64,000 nt of DNA from Octopus vulgaris (GCA_951406725.2 OX597824.1:82212001-82276000), one strand, 5' to 3'; shown: positions 39,943-56,268, numbered from the stretch's first letter. Notes: generated by a model from the sequence alone, not told the origin. Made by a program: numbers and translations.

Positions 39943-40220
39943 ATTTCTTTATTGCCCACAGGAAGCTACACACAGAAGGGACAAACAAGGACAGGCAAAG
40001 GGATTAAGTCGATTACATTGACCCCAGTGCGTAACTTACTTAATCAACCCCGAAATGATAAAAGACCAAGTCGACCTCGGCGGAATTTGAACTCCGAACG
40101 TAACGGCAGACGAAATACCTATTTCTTTACTACCCACAAGGCGCTAAACACAGAGAGGACAAGCAAGGACAGACAAACGGATTAAGTCGATTATATGGAT
40201 CCCAGTGCGTAACTGGTACT
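39943..40220 (-). mobile_element. SINE family C partial dimer
   Basis: Same gaaatacctatttc junction as the other arrays. Confidence 0.85.
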
Positions 40221-41304
40221 GACAGAATGCCAGTTACTAAAGTATTTTCTATCAAAACTAAGTACACTACAGTATATATGCCAAAGGTTTATTCCGAAAA
40301 ACTGGAGGGTCCACCGTTTCGTAGAGGCTATCGGTTTTGTTATATGTTGGACGTTTGAAAATGTGTTTCTATATATTTATAGATGGCGGGTTTGGTTCGA
40401 AATTATTAAGCTTGGTGTGGATTTGGTTATTATTTTGTAGTTTATTTTATATCTGTGAATGGAGATGATGCTTGTGTGTATGCGAACTTGTGTGTTTATG
40501 TGGGTATGTTTGTGCCTTTTAAGTTAGAATATAGTTTTATTTATTTATTTTGTTTGATTTTTTGCTGAAATGAATATGGTTTGTACCGAAGAAGTCTGAA
40601 CTAGCTATTAACAGCAATGTGGAAAGTAAAAACAAAAAACGAAATTATTAATTCGATAATGTACAAGAGATAACAAAGTTTTAAGTAAAATAAATCTATA
40701 TTTGAAGGTCACTGGTGTTAATGAATAATAAATGGAATAGTTTTTATTGTAAGACTTGAGTGAGATGTAGGAGATATTGTGATGGATTTAAAGCCTGGTG
40801 CCTGTGTGGCAGGTTGAGTGGATGTGAGGAGAGAGGAACGTGGTGGTGCTCGACGTTTCAAACAAATGGCCTTTGTTGGGGCTTAAAATAGATACGGGCA
40901 CATACATACGCACACATAAACAAAAACAAACATACAAACAGCCCGCATATACATACATAAACATTTGATATATATATAACAGACACATATTATACATATA
41001 AGCATATATGAACAAACACATATATATATGTGTATATAAACAAATATTTAACATATATAACCAAATATATAAACAAATATTTAACATATATAACTGACAC
41101 ACATATACAAATATATGAACAAGCATAGGTATACACATATACGTACGAATATTTAATATATATATAACATACACATATACATATACACATATATTAACCC
41201 TTCTCTGTATACATAGATAACATAGAACTATATATATATCTAATATATACATTGTGCACGTCTGATTTTTGTTGATTTTTGCCTTTTATTTTGATTTGCT
41301 TATA

Positions 41305-41528
<224 letters not shown>

Positions 41529-41559
41529 TATATATATATACACTCTCTTATCATAATTC

Positions 41560-42366
41560 AACTGGTGACGCCAGAAATAGCCATTCTTTGGCTAATTGCG
41601 GCAGCGATGACAGACATCGAGGAAAACTCAAGAATCCTTGAAGCCTACAGGACCAAAAAGGAAAATTGGTCTGGAATGCTCATAGAACTCCTCATACAAA
41701 CGACACAAAAAAATCAGGATCTCATCCCGAACCAGATCCTTCTTCCTGGAGGCAGCATAATTCCAGTCAGGGTAAGTGGATGGAAAGCAAAGTGCCACGT
41801 TTGTTTTTCAATTTACCATTTGAAAGTCTCTTGTCCGAGACTGAAGGAAAAAGAGAGACGGACACCACTCCTTCCTACACTAACAACGGCTACCAGAACT
41901 CCAGCGACAACAGCAGCAGCACCATCATCATCAGCATCAGCAGATTCAACTATGGCACCACCAACACCAACAACCATAACAACACCGAGTTTCCCCAAAT
42001 ACTTCTCAGCGCCCGAAGATGTTCCAGTTCCCGATGCAGAGCGGGTGGACATCACGGGTGGAGAGTCAGGGACCGCAATGATGAATGGAAGATAAAATTT
42101 TAAAAAAGTGGGGAACAGAAAGAAAAGTAAGCATATGGTCATTAGACAACAACAATCCTCACCAACATAAGAAGTAAAAAGAAAAAAATATCGAAACAAC
42201 AGGCGCAGGAGTGGCTGTGTGGTAAGTAGCTTGTCTACCAACCACATGGTTCCGGGTTCAGTCCCACTGCGTGGCACCTTGGGCAAGTGTCTTCTACCAT
42301 AGCCCCGGGCCGACCAATGCTTCGTGAGTGGATTTGGTAGACGGAAACTGAAAGAAGCCCGTCGTA

Positions 42367-42412
<46 letters not shown>

Positions 42413-43165
42413 TGTGTCTGTTTGTCCCCCTAGCATTGCTTGACAACCGATGCTGGTGTGTTTATGTCCCCGTTACTTAGCGGTTCGGCAAAAGAGACCG
42501 ATAGAATAAGTACTGGGCTTACCAAAGAATAAGTCCCGGGGTCGAGTTGCTCGATTAAAAGGCGGTGCTCCAGCATGGCCGCAGTCAAATGACTGAAACA
42601 AGTAAAAGAGTAAAAGAGTAAAAGAGAGTAACAAAAGTAAATACACCCCAAAACAAACACTGCATCTACACCACCACCTCTAACACCTGAAACACGAGCT
42701 ATCCCACACACGCAAACACAACAATAATCACAACCACCACCACCACCACAACAGCAATAACAACAACAAACACAAATTGAAGATACTAATATTACAAACT
42801 ACTTGACAGACATGCACAAAAAGCAATGAATTAATGAAGTACATATTAACACACACAAACATTACACCAAAAAGATTTTGTCACACCCACATTGTCTCTG
42901 CCAGCACACATACATATCATTCAAACAGCACAAAACACATACACACACTTAAAAACCCAATTCCCACATGAAATCGAAGATTCTCGAGGGAATATCACAA
43001 AGTGAATTGTTGGTGATTTCCGGCTGGAGACACACCAAGACAACAGGAGGGACGTGCAATCCACCCCTCCAAACAAAGCGTTTTCCTTTTCTTTTCTTTT
43101 CTTTAAAATTGCTCGGGGGTCACATTTGGTCCGCGGACCTCCAGATGGACAAAAACTGCGATTAT
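41560..43165 (+). mobile_element. Tx1/L1-like ORF1 (gag-like) fragment with CCHC zinc knuckle, interrupted by SINE A at 42202-42628
   Basis: ORF 41565-42095 contains IPVRVSGWKAKCHVCFSIYHLKVSCP (CX2CX4HX4C) followed by a T/P/A-rich then K-rich low-complexity region. Confidence 0.7.
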
Positions 43166-43173
43166 AATTATTA

Positions 43174-43285
<112 letters not shown>

Positions 43286-43485
43286 TATTATTATTATTAT
43301 TATTCAGTAGTTTTATTTTTATAGCGTGCTTTCATGATCTATCTGCTGTCAGCACCCGCTGTGTGGTGGCCTGGGAATGCCGTGGTTGATGATGCGCTAA
43401 CATGCGCTGAGGTTGCGACATCTCCAGTGATTCCTAGACGGTAACAGCTGTGGTCGTCGTTTGCCAGACACGTTTTATGTTGTTA

Positions 43486-43555
<70 letters not shown>

Positions 43556-43624
43556 CATTATCATCAACATTATTATTATTATCATTATTATTATTATTAT
43601 TATCATTATTATTATTATTATTAT

Positions 43625-43697
<73 letters not shown>

Positions 43698-43734
43698 ACT
43701 ACTACTACTACTACTACTACTACTGCTGCTGCTG

Positions 43735-43777
<43 letters not shown>

Positions 43778-43850
43778 AACTGTCATTGTCATTGCTATTG
43801 TGATTGTTGTTATTATTATCCTTACTGTTGTTGTCGCTGTTATTATTGTT

Positions 43851-43885
<35 letters not shown>

Positions 43886-44369
43886 TCATATTTAAGAAAA
43901 AAGATACACCTGATTATAAATAAACTCCGCTCACGGTGATTGCACCAAGGTGAAACAAGCTTCGCTTCCCACATCGACGACATGTGGAAGAAACAATCGC
44001 AGAACACACAATACGTAACGCCAACACGCAAAACACAAGAAATACGAAGACGCGAATCCGATTGGTGAGATTCTGTTGCCAAGTGAGATTGTGCAAATTT
44101 TATTTTTACCTTTTGTTATTGCTTCGTATTTTTTCTTTTTTTTTTGTTTATATATTTTTGTTCATTTCTTTCTCTCTCCTTTTAACTTAACTTCTTTTTC
44201 CTCTTCTTTCATTCGAAAGAGTAAATGATTTAACGACGAGAATCTATGAAACAGACAAGCCTCGGTTTCGCGGTAACCTGATCCGCCATTTTGAAACTGT
44301 CTGAACAAGATGGAGTTGCTTTCGTAAATGTGTAAGCTTCACATTATTATTCGCTATTATTATTATCAC

Positions 44370-44420
44370 TGTTGCTCTTTGTCCCTCCTCATCCTTCGCC
44401 CTTGTGGCAAATAAATGATA
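44370..44420 (+). mobile_element. Extreme 3' end of a Tx1-like LINE within an (ATT)n tract
   Basis: ttgtccctcctcatccttcgcccttgtggcaaataaatga matches the 3' end of the 28.5-kb element. Confidence 0.7.
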
Positions 44421-44492
44421 TTATTATTATTATCATTATTATTATTATTATCATTATTATTATTATCATTATTATTATTATTATTATTATCA

Positions 44493-44526
<34 letters not shown>

Positions 44527-44631
44527 CATTTTTATTATTATTTTCATCATCATCATCATCATCATCACCACCCCCACCCCCACCACCACCACCGTCATTA
44601 TCATCGTTATCATTATTTTTAGCATTATATT

Positions 44632-44726
<95 letters not shown>

Positions 44727-44754
44727 GTTTTCATTATTATTTTCATTATTATTC

Positions 44755-44788
<34 letters not shown>

Positions 44789-45164
44789 TAAATTATTATT
44801 ATTATTTCCATCATCATTATCATTATTGTTATTGATATTATTATTGTTGTTGTTGTTGCAATTGTTATATCATTATTGTTGATGTGGTGGTGACGGTGGT
44901 TGTGTGGTGGAGGTGTTGGTGCAGTTTGTCTTTGTTTCATCTTCATTATTCCTTTTAGATATAGTTTCCTTTTCTCTACCTATCTAAACTTCCTACCCCC
45001 GTCTCCATCTTCCAGCGCACCCCCACCTCGAGCTTGTTTTCTTTCTTCCTTTCTGCTTTTGTTTACCTCGTGTACAAGAGAATGCGTTCCTTCATTTCAT
45101 CTTCATGGTATGTTTACATTATAGAAAGTGTGACTTGAAAAGAAAAAAAAGAGTGAAAAGTGGG

Positions 45165-45650
45165 GGAGGTAGAGAAGGAGGAGGAGGAGGAGAAGAAGAA
45201 GAAGAAGAATAAGAAGAAGAAGAAGAAGAAGAAGGAGGAGGAGGAGGAGGAGGAGGAGGAGGGTAAGTAGAAGAAAAAGCAAAAGAAAAGGAAAGAAGAA
45301 GAGGGTGAGGAGGAGGAGGAGAAGAAGTAGAAGTAGTAGAAGAAGAAGAAGAGACTGAAGTAGAAGAAGAAGAAGAAGAAGAAGAAGAAGAAGAAGAAGA
45401 AGAAGAAGAAGAAGAAGGGGAAGTAGAAGAAAAAGCAAAAGAAAAGGAAAGAAGAAGTAGAAGAAGAAGAAGAAGAAGAAGAAGAAGAAGAAGGGGGAAG
45501 TAGAAGTAAAAGCAAAAGAAAAGGAAAGAAGAAGAGGGGGAGGAGGAGGAGGAGGAGGAGAAGAAGAAGAAGAAGAAGAAGAAGAAGAAGAAGAAGAAGA
45601 AGAAGAAGAAGAAGAAGAAGAAGAAGAAGAAGAAGAAGAAGAAGAAGAAG
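45165..45650. repeat. Polypurine (GAA/GAG) tract with a thrice-repeated spacer unit
   Basis: aagtagaag(a/t)aaaagcaaaagaaaaggaaagaagaag at ~45265, 45421 and 45498. Confidence 0.9.
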
Positions 45651-45962
45651 GGCGGCGATGGGATGAATAAGAAAGAGAGAGGGTAACGTTGAAAGTGTAG
45701 TGAGTGATGGTGGGTGACTTGACTGAAAGGAATAGAAATTAACATAAATAAAGAATAATGAATAATGCGTAATGAAGAAGAACAGCGTGAAGAGATAATA
45801 AGAAAGAAAATGAAAGCAACGAACCGACTAAGAAAGGAAGATTAAAAAGAAAAGATACTTAAAAGAAAAGCAGAAAGGTGCAAACATTGATAAGGAAAGT
45901 ACGTGCTGCGTGAGAGAATGAATAGAGATGCAGGTAGGTAGATATATGTGTGTGTATATATA

Positions 45963-46050
<88 letters not shown>

Positions 46051-46162
46051 TATATACATATATATATGTTTATATATATATAGATATATATATATATAGA
46101 TAGCGTGTGCATATATATATATAATGCACTCTATATATATAATTATATAGATATATATATAT

Positions 46163-46204
<42 letters not shown>

Positions 46205-46306
46205 ACAAACAGACAGAAAGACCGACAGATAGATGGGAAGGGGGAGAGGGGATAGATAAATAGAGAGTGAGAATGAGGAAGTAGGTACAAATACATATAT
46301 ATATAC

Positions 46307-46422
<116 letters not shown>

Positions 46423-46455
46423 GGAGATAGATAGATAGATAGATAGATTGGTAGG

Positions 46456-46533
<78 letters not shown>

Positions 46534-46836
46534 TGATAGTGCTGGAGCTCATATCGACTTCGAAAATATATATTTTGCAGTTATTTGAACTTCATTTAAT
46601 TATAATAGATGTGGTTGAAGTTTCTACTGAGACACGAAATCGTATTGCTGTATCCGGGCACAATTACCTTGGTTTTATGTGCACATAGAAGTCTCTTTTG
46701 AAATACTGACAACAGTCCATCTGTAATTAAAATATCTTACAGCATTTAAGTTTCCCTAGCACCTATTACGTCATTCCGGAGTGGAGCGACCTTGAGACGA
46801 TGTATTACAAAACTTTTGAAATATATCTAGACTCTA

Positions 46837-47535
46837 AAGCGGCAAGCTGGCAGAAACGTTAGCACGCCGGGCGAAATGCTTAGCGGTATTTCGTCTGTTG
46901 CTACGTTCTGAGTTCAAATTCCGCCGAAGTCGACTTTGCCTTTCATCCTTTCGGGGTCGATAAATTAAGTAACAGTTACGCACTGGGGTCGATGTAATCA
47001 ACTTAATACCTATGTCTGTCCTTGTTTGTCCTCTCTGTGTTTAGCCCCTTGTGGGTAATAAAGAAATAGGTATTTCGTCTGTTGCTACGTTCTGAGTTCA
47101 AATTCCGCCGAGGTCGACTTTGCCTTTCATCCTTTCGGGGTCGATAAATTAAGTACCAGTTACGCACTGGGGTCGATGTAAACGACTTAATCCGTTTGTC
47201 TGTCCTTGCTTGTCCCCTCTGTGTTTAGCCCCTTGTGGGTAGTAAAGAAATAGGTATTTCGTCTACTGTTACGTTCTGAGTTCAAATTCCGCCGAGGTCG
47301 ACTTTGCCTTTCATCCTTTCGGGGTCGATAAATTAAGTAACAGTTACGTACTGGGGTCGATGTAATCGACTTAATACCTATGTCTGTCCTTGTTTGTCCC
47401 CTCTGTGTTTAGCCCCTTGTGGGTAGTAAAGAAATAGGTATTTCGTCTACTGTTACGTTCTGAGTTAAAATTCCGCCGAGGTCAACTTTGCCTTTCATCC
47501 TTTCGGGGTCGATAAACTAAGTACCAGTTGCATAC
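46837..47535 (+). mobile_element. SINE family C tandem array (head plus ~3.5 units), 184-bp period
   Basis: ggtatttcgtct at 46885, 47069, 47253 and 47437. Confidence 0.92.
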
Positions 47536-48498
47536 TGGTGCCTAGAGTACAAAATAATATCTATACAGAGACATCTTTTTCTTCGAAGTCGAATACTACT
47601 GCAAATGCCTTTTACCGTGTGCAGGAGTGTTAAAATTTTATAAAAACGTACACATATACACACATTCACGTACACACTCACACAGACACACACATAAATA
47701 TATTCATATATATGTGTGTGTGTACGTGTGCATACAAATATATACAATTGTGTGCGCAAGGGTGTGTATTCTAAAATTGAATAATATTGCGAAAGAGCTC
47801 AATATAAGATGGTGCTTAACCTGTGAATAGCCGTAATTTTATATGAATTACGTTAGTTGTTCAACAAAAACAATATCAAGATAAGCTACAGCTGCGTGAA
47901 AAAATAAGTCTAATGTCATGGGAAAACTATTGCAAAGAAAATTATATAAATGGAAACAACATGTGGTTGTTGAAATGTTGAGTTTTCCCACCTAAAGGTC
48001 AAATTCCTTGAGAAAAACTGTGTACCGTAACGTGTCTTCTAGCAGCAAATCAATAAGCAACACGTGACTTACAAAGCTCTCCTACAAAATTCCCCGTCAG
48101 AGTCACAATTTTTCTGTTTCTCTGCCTGAAAATCTCGTTTGTAAACTGCAAACACTCATTCCGACATCACCAACGGGGGGGGGGGGGGACAAAAGTGACT
48201 TTCAAGGTAGTTTTCGAAATCGATCGACATAGACAAGACTATCAGTTTTCACAGAAGGGTTAGTAGAGTTAGATAAGGGACAGTTATAAAGGAACATATG
48301 GCTTCTAGATATAAAGGGATATATGGCTTCTGTCCTACGGTGAAACTCCATATCATTCGATACTCTACTACAATCTTAAATAAAAACACCCAACTAAATG
48401 CACATACGCACACACACACTCACACACAAACATATATATATATATATATATACATATATATAAATGTATATATATACACACACACACATACACAAACT

Positions 48499-48576
<78 letters not shown>

Positions 48577-48721
48577 CAAACACAAAGTACGGGGATTTAG
48601 TTCATAGGTGATCTAAACGATTAGGTACGCTAGGTAAGATTTTGAATTTCTTCCTATAATAATATTGTATACGACTTGAGATGTTTGCCTTTCCTTAATG
48701 TTTGCTGTCCTGTTTAACAAG

Positions 48722-48775
<54 letters not shown>

Positions 48776-48945
48776 TATGTATACATATGCACATATATAT
48801 AATGTAATGGACGCAGGTTGTGTGTCAAATAGCTAGCTTGAGGCGGTAGCCTCTTGGAGCTAATCAGCGACAGCTTTAGTCTTATATTTATAAGACTGCC
48901 ATATTAGTATGGCGATAACTATATATATATATATATATATATGCA

Positions 48946-48976
<31 letters not shown>

Positions 48977-49227
48977 ACAATATGCGCACACACGTTTCTG
49001 TGTTTACATGGGTTAGCATGCTTTTGACTGTATTTATGTCTTCGAGTACCTAGAGTAAAAGCAAAATCTTAGTACTTTAATAGTACTTAGTTGTTTTGTT
49101 GGTTGAGGCGGTTCTTTTTTATACTCTTATAGGTATTTATTTTCATCTTTTGATTTATATTACTTTTCCAATTGTAATACAAATAAAAAAAAAAACCAAC
49201 CAAGCATCTTTTTAATGTTTCTTCTCA

Positions 49228-49580
49228 AGGAGTGGATGTGTGGTAAGTAGCTTGCTTACCAACCACATGCTTGGGCAAGTGTCTTCTACTATAGCCTCGG
49301 CCCGACCAAAGCCTTGTGAGTGGATTTGGTAGACAAAAACTGAAAGAAGCCTGTCGTATATATATTTACGTTTGTGTGTCTGTGTTTGTAGCCCACTACC
49401 ATCGCTTGACAACCGACCTTGGTGTGCTTACGTCCCCGTAACTTATGGTTCAGCAAAAGAGACCGATAGAATAAGTACTAGGCTTATAAAGAATAAGTCC
49501 TGCGGTCGATTTTTTCAGCGAAAGGCAGTGGTCCAGCATGGGCGCAGTCAAATGACTGAAACATATAAAAGAATATATAA

Positions 49581-49614
<34 letters not shown>

Positions 49615-49845
49615 ATCTATGTATGCCTGTCTGCATTTGTCTCCCCTCTACCGCTTGGTGTTGGTGTGTTTATGTCCACATAATTTAGCGGTTCGGCAAA
49701 TGCGATTGATAGAATAAGTTCCAGGCTTAAAAAAAAAGTCTGGGACCTATTTAGTCGACTAAAAAATTCTTCAAGGTCGGGCCCCAGCATGGCCACAGTC
49801 TAATGACTGAAGCAACTAAAACACAAAAAGATTAAAGATAAAAGA
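49228..49845 (+). mobile_element. SINE family A with an internal head deletion, followed by a diverged second tail
   Basis: aaccacatg|cttgggcaag lacks the B-box segment. Confidence 0.85.
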
Positions 49846-50175
49846 TATAACATGACTGAAACATAAATGTATCATGTGACTAAAACCAAATTATTAGATG
49901 ATCAAGGGTGCAGCTCCTTTCGTTTCGTTACTCGTCTGCTCGATTAGAAGTAGCCTAGGGTTAAACGACGGGAGATAAAGATATGACAACAAAGTGTCCT
50001 TGAAATAATGCTGAACGTAAAAAAAAAATAATGGAAAAAAACACGCACCAACTGAAACTGGGTTAAAAAATGCTGATATTGTTGCCGCACCTTTTTTGTT
50101 CTTGTTATTTTTTATATTTTTTTCTCGTTGTTGTTGTGCTTGTTTTGGTTGTTTTATGATAGCATACTTACTGAA

Positions 50176-50505
50176 GGCTTACAGTGGTTAGAGCGTCGAG
50201 CTTACGATCGTGAGGTTGTGAGCTCGAATCCCGGACCGGGCTGCGTGTTGTGTTCTTGAGCAAGATACTTTATTTCACGTTGCTCCAGTTCACTCACCTG
50301 TAGAAATGAGTTGCGACGTCACAGGTGCCAGGCTTATTCGGCCCTTGCCTTTCTCTTGGACAACATCGGTGACGTGGGGAGGGGTGGCCGGTATGCATGG
50401 GCGACTGCTGGTCTTCCATAAAACAACCTTGCCCAGACTTGTGCCTCAGAGGGTAACTCTCTAGGTGCAAACCCACGGTCAGTGTCTGACCGAACGGGGT
50501 CACCA
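50176..50505 (+). mobile_element. SINE family D (tRNA-derived)
   Basis: cagtggttagagcg...gagctcgaatccc head; homologous to 59097-59400. Confidence 0.85.
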
Positions 50506-50679
50506 CCACTTACTGAATTAGATAGAAGTATGCTGGGCTATATTATACATCGTCCATACAAGTATGCATGTACGCATGCCTCGTTATATATGTGTGTGTG
50601 TAGATATATGCATATATATATCTGTATGAGTGTGTACAAATATATACATACACACAAATATATACGTGTATACATATAT

Positions 50680-50723
<44 letters not shown>

Positions 50724-50806
50724 GTTTATATGTATATATAAATATGTATATATATATACTTACATATACATATATATATACTTACATATACATATATATA
50801 TATACT

Positions 50807-50857
<51 letters not shown>

Positions 50858-50871
50858 ACTACACGTCTATG

Positions 50872-50914
<43 letters not shown>

Positions 50915-50945
50915 ACTACACGCCTATGTATATACATATATACAG

Positions 50946-51130
50946 AGGCGTTGGAGTGGCTGTGTGGTAAGTAACTTGCTTACGAACCACATGGTTCCGG
51001 GTTCAGTCACACTGCGTGGCACCTTGGGCAAGTGTCTCCTACTTATAGCCTCGGGCCGACCAAAGCCTTGTGAGTGGATTTGGTAGACGGAAACTGAAAG
51101 AAGCCCGTCGTAATATATGTATATATATAT

Positions 51131-51196
<66 letters not shown>

Positions 51197-51197
51197 G

Positions 51198-51231
<34 letters not shown>

Positions 51232-51436
51232 TGTATGTATGTGTGTGTATATGTTTGTGTGTCTGTGTTTATCCCCCCAACATCGCCTCCCCGTAACTTA
51301 GCGTTTCGGCAAAGGAGCACGATAGAATAAGTACTAGGCTTACAAAGAATAAGTCCTGGGGTCAATTTGCTTGACTAAAGGCGGTGGTCCAGCATGGCCG
51401 CAGTGAAATGACTGAAACATTTAAAAGAATAAAAGA
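50946..51436 (+). mobile_element. SINE family A with an internal deletion
   Basis: Homology to family. Confidence 0.9.
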
Positions 51437-51480
51437 ATATACATACATACATATATATATATATATACATACATACATAC

Positions 51481-51571
<91 letters not shown>

Positions 51572-52142
51572 CGGGGAAGGAACCAGAGAGTAGATATGAT
51601 GTAGATAGATAAATAAGAGGGCAGAAAATATTGCAAAATGAATTACGAAATCAAAGAGGTATATGTATATATATTTACATTTATATATACATACATCCAT
51701 ATGTGCTTGCGTATGTGCGTCAGTGTGTGAGTTGTGTGTGTACATATAAACATATATATGTATATATATTTATATACGCAATTACATAAGTCACACGGAG
51801 AATATAGACAAAATGCAAATGGTAAACAGTTCCATAGCAAAAATCTTAGACATTAAGCCTTAAGCTATCTAAAATGTCAATGTTCTAAGACTAATCTCTC
51901 CTGCAGAATATTCCAGTTCTAAAGAAATTCAGAGAACAGATTCTGAAAAAAAAAAAACGGTAATTTAATATAGCGTAAAAGAGTGTGTAAAATATTGAAT
52001 ATTCTTAGGAATTCGATGTAAAAATGAAATAGAACGAGTTTTCAGATATATAAAAAAAGGTAGGAAAGATTAGGAACACGCACGCTAATATAAGTGTGTG
52101 TATGTGTGTGTGTGGAAACACAAAAGCAGACACAGATAAAAT

Positions 52143-52201
<59 letters not shown>

Positions 52202-52252
52202 CGTAATCTTACGAACTACATGTATACATACATAGGTACGTACGTACATATA

Positions 52253-52319
<67 letters not shown>

Positions 52320-52320
52320 G

Positions 52321-52367
<47 letters not shown>

Positions 52368-52368
52368 G

Positions 52369-52436
<68 letters not shown>

Positions 52437-52481
52437 GTATATATATGTATGTATATGTATATATATGTATGTATATGTATA

Positions 52482-52522
<41 letters not shown>

Positions 52523-52565
52523 GTTTATGTATGTATATGTTTATGTATGTATATATATATGTATG

Positions 52566-52596
<31 letters not shown>

Positions 52597-53067
52597 ATAT
52601 ATACTTAGACACACACACGTTTTTGTGTATGTGTGTGTAGTGGGTTAAAGTTGTGTTTATAGAAATACATAAACATGTGGTTATGTCTACCTTGTATATC
52701 GTGCTGTGTTCTTTCCATGTTGGTTTTTTTTTCCATTGTTTTGAGTACTTACTTTTTAAAATTTGCATTGTATATGAGTGTAGGTGTACGTCTGCACATA
52801 CAAGCATCCATACTTATATGCATTGATGCGCGTATATATCTCTGTGTGTACAAATATACATATATATATATATATATACATATATATGCATATTTATATA
52901 TGTACGCATGTACATACGTATCTAGAGATATAAAAAGTGATACAAACGAGACACATTATCATACATAATATTTATATTTGTGTTAATACGTACTGCAGTT
53001 CTTCGTATAACGAATTCTATATTTAAATTTCAAATACATATATATGTGTGTGTTTCTGTACGTCAGG

Positions 53068-54795
<1,728 letters not shown>

Positions 54796-54805
54796 TAATG
54801 GTGGT

Positions 54806-54853
<48 letters not shown>

Positions 54854-55300
54854 CGGACGAAATGCCTCTGATATATATATATATATATATATATACCACA
54901 CTATATTGATTTGTAGACACGTATTCAATAACAATTTAGTTTCTAACATGAAATTTAAGTCATTAATGGTGGTTTCTAACTTGTTCTGATAAAGATTAAG
55001 AGAATGTTGACAACTTCTGACGTCGGTTACCAAGATTGTAAATACCAGACAACACAGCAATAGCCATGATACTACATCCTGAACATAATATATTTTCGCT
55101 AAATAAAAATACGAGTTTCCTATCGGAAATTCTCTACCGAGACATCAAGAAACCCCATATACTCACATGTACAGTCTCACGTTCCTAGGATCACTGGTAG
55201 GGTTGAATTTTGGTGTTCCCTTAGTATATATTCATAATTTACTGTAAATTTCCTATCAATCTGAAAACCCTGGTTCAAAAACAACGAAAGGATTGCAATA

Positions 55301-55718
55301 GGCGCAGGAGTGGCTGTGTGGTAGGTGGCTTGCTGGCCAACCACATGGTTCCGAGTTCAGTCCCACTGCGTGGCATCTTGGGCAAGTGTCTTCTGCTATA
55401 GCCCCAAGCCGACAAATGCCTTGTGGGTGGATTTGGTTGACGGAAACTGAAAGAAGCCCGTCATATATATGTATATATCTATATATATGTGTGTGTGTGT
55501 GTTTGTGTGTCTGTGTTTGTCCCCCTAGCATTGCTTGACAACCGATGCTGGTGTGTTTACGTCCCCGTCACTTGGCGGTTCGGCAGGGGAGACCGATAGA
55601 ATGAGTACTGGGCTTGCAAAGAGTAAGTCCCGGGGTCGATTTGCTCGACTAAAGGCGGTGCTCCAGCATGGCCGCAGTCAAATGACTGAAACAAGTAAAA
55701 GAGTAAAAGAGTAAAGAG
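55301..55718 (+). mobile_element. SINE family A, full length, A>G hypermutated copy
   Basis: 11-12 A>G differences relative to sibling copies (see findings). Confidence 0.9.
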
Positions 55719-55765
55719 TAATAGTCTTGAATTTCGTTTCGATTTTTAAAGGTGATTAAACGGTA

Positions 55766-56190
55766 GGCGCAGGAGTGGCTGTGTGGTAAGTAGCTTGCTA
55801 ACCAACCACATGGTTCCGGGTTCAGTCCCACTGCGTGGCACCTTGGGCAAGTGTCTTCTACTATAGCCTCGGGCCGACCAATGCCTTGTGAGTGGATTTG
55901 GTAGACGGAAACTGAAAGAAGCCTGTCGTATATATGTATATATATATATATATATGTATGTATGTGTGTGTGTATGTTTGTGTGTGTTTTTGTCCCCCCA
56001 ACATCGCTTGACAACCGATGCTGGTGTGTTTATGTCCCCGTTACTTAGCGGTTCGGCAAAAGAGACCGATAGAATAAGTACTGGGCTTACAAAAGAATAA
56101 GTCCTGGGGGCGAGTTGCTCGACTAAAGGCGGTGCTCCAGCATGGCCGCAGTCAAATGACTGAAACAAGTAAAATAGTAAAAGAGAGAGA
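55766..56190 (+). mobile_element. SINE family A, full length, near consensus
   Basis: Homology to family. Confidence 0.93.
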
Positions 56191-56268
56191 AAAGGGGTAG
56201 ATGGTTATGGTGCTGGCGAGTGGTACTTTGGTCTGGTACCAACTGACTGAATGGAAACGGCCTTAGGG

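Noticed and set aside
41565-42095. Host zinc-finger gene
   Set aside because: A single CCHC knuckle in L1/Tx1 ORF1-like context, truncated by (TA)n, with no true ATG start and a SINE inserted downstream.
43325-43440. Plus-strand exon between ttttatAG and GTaac
   Set aside because: One frame is open but there is no homology or partner exon, and the donor is weak; cannot be supported from sequence alone.
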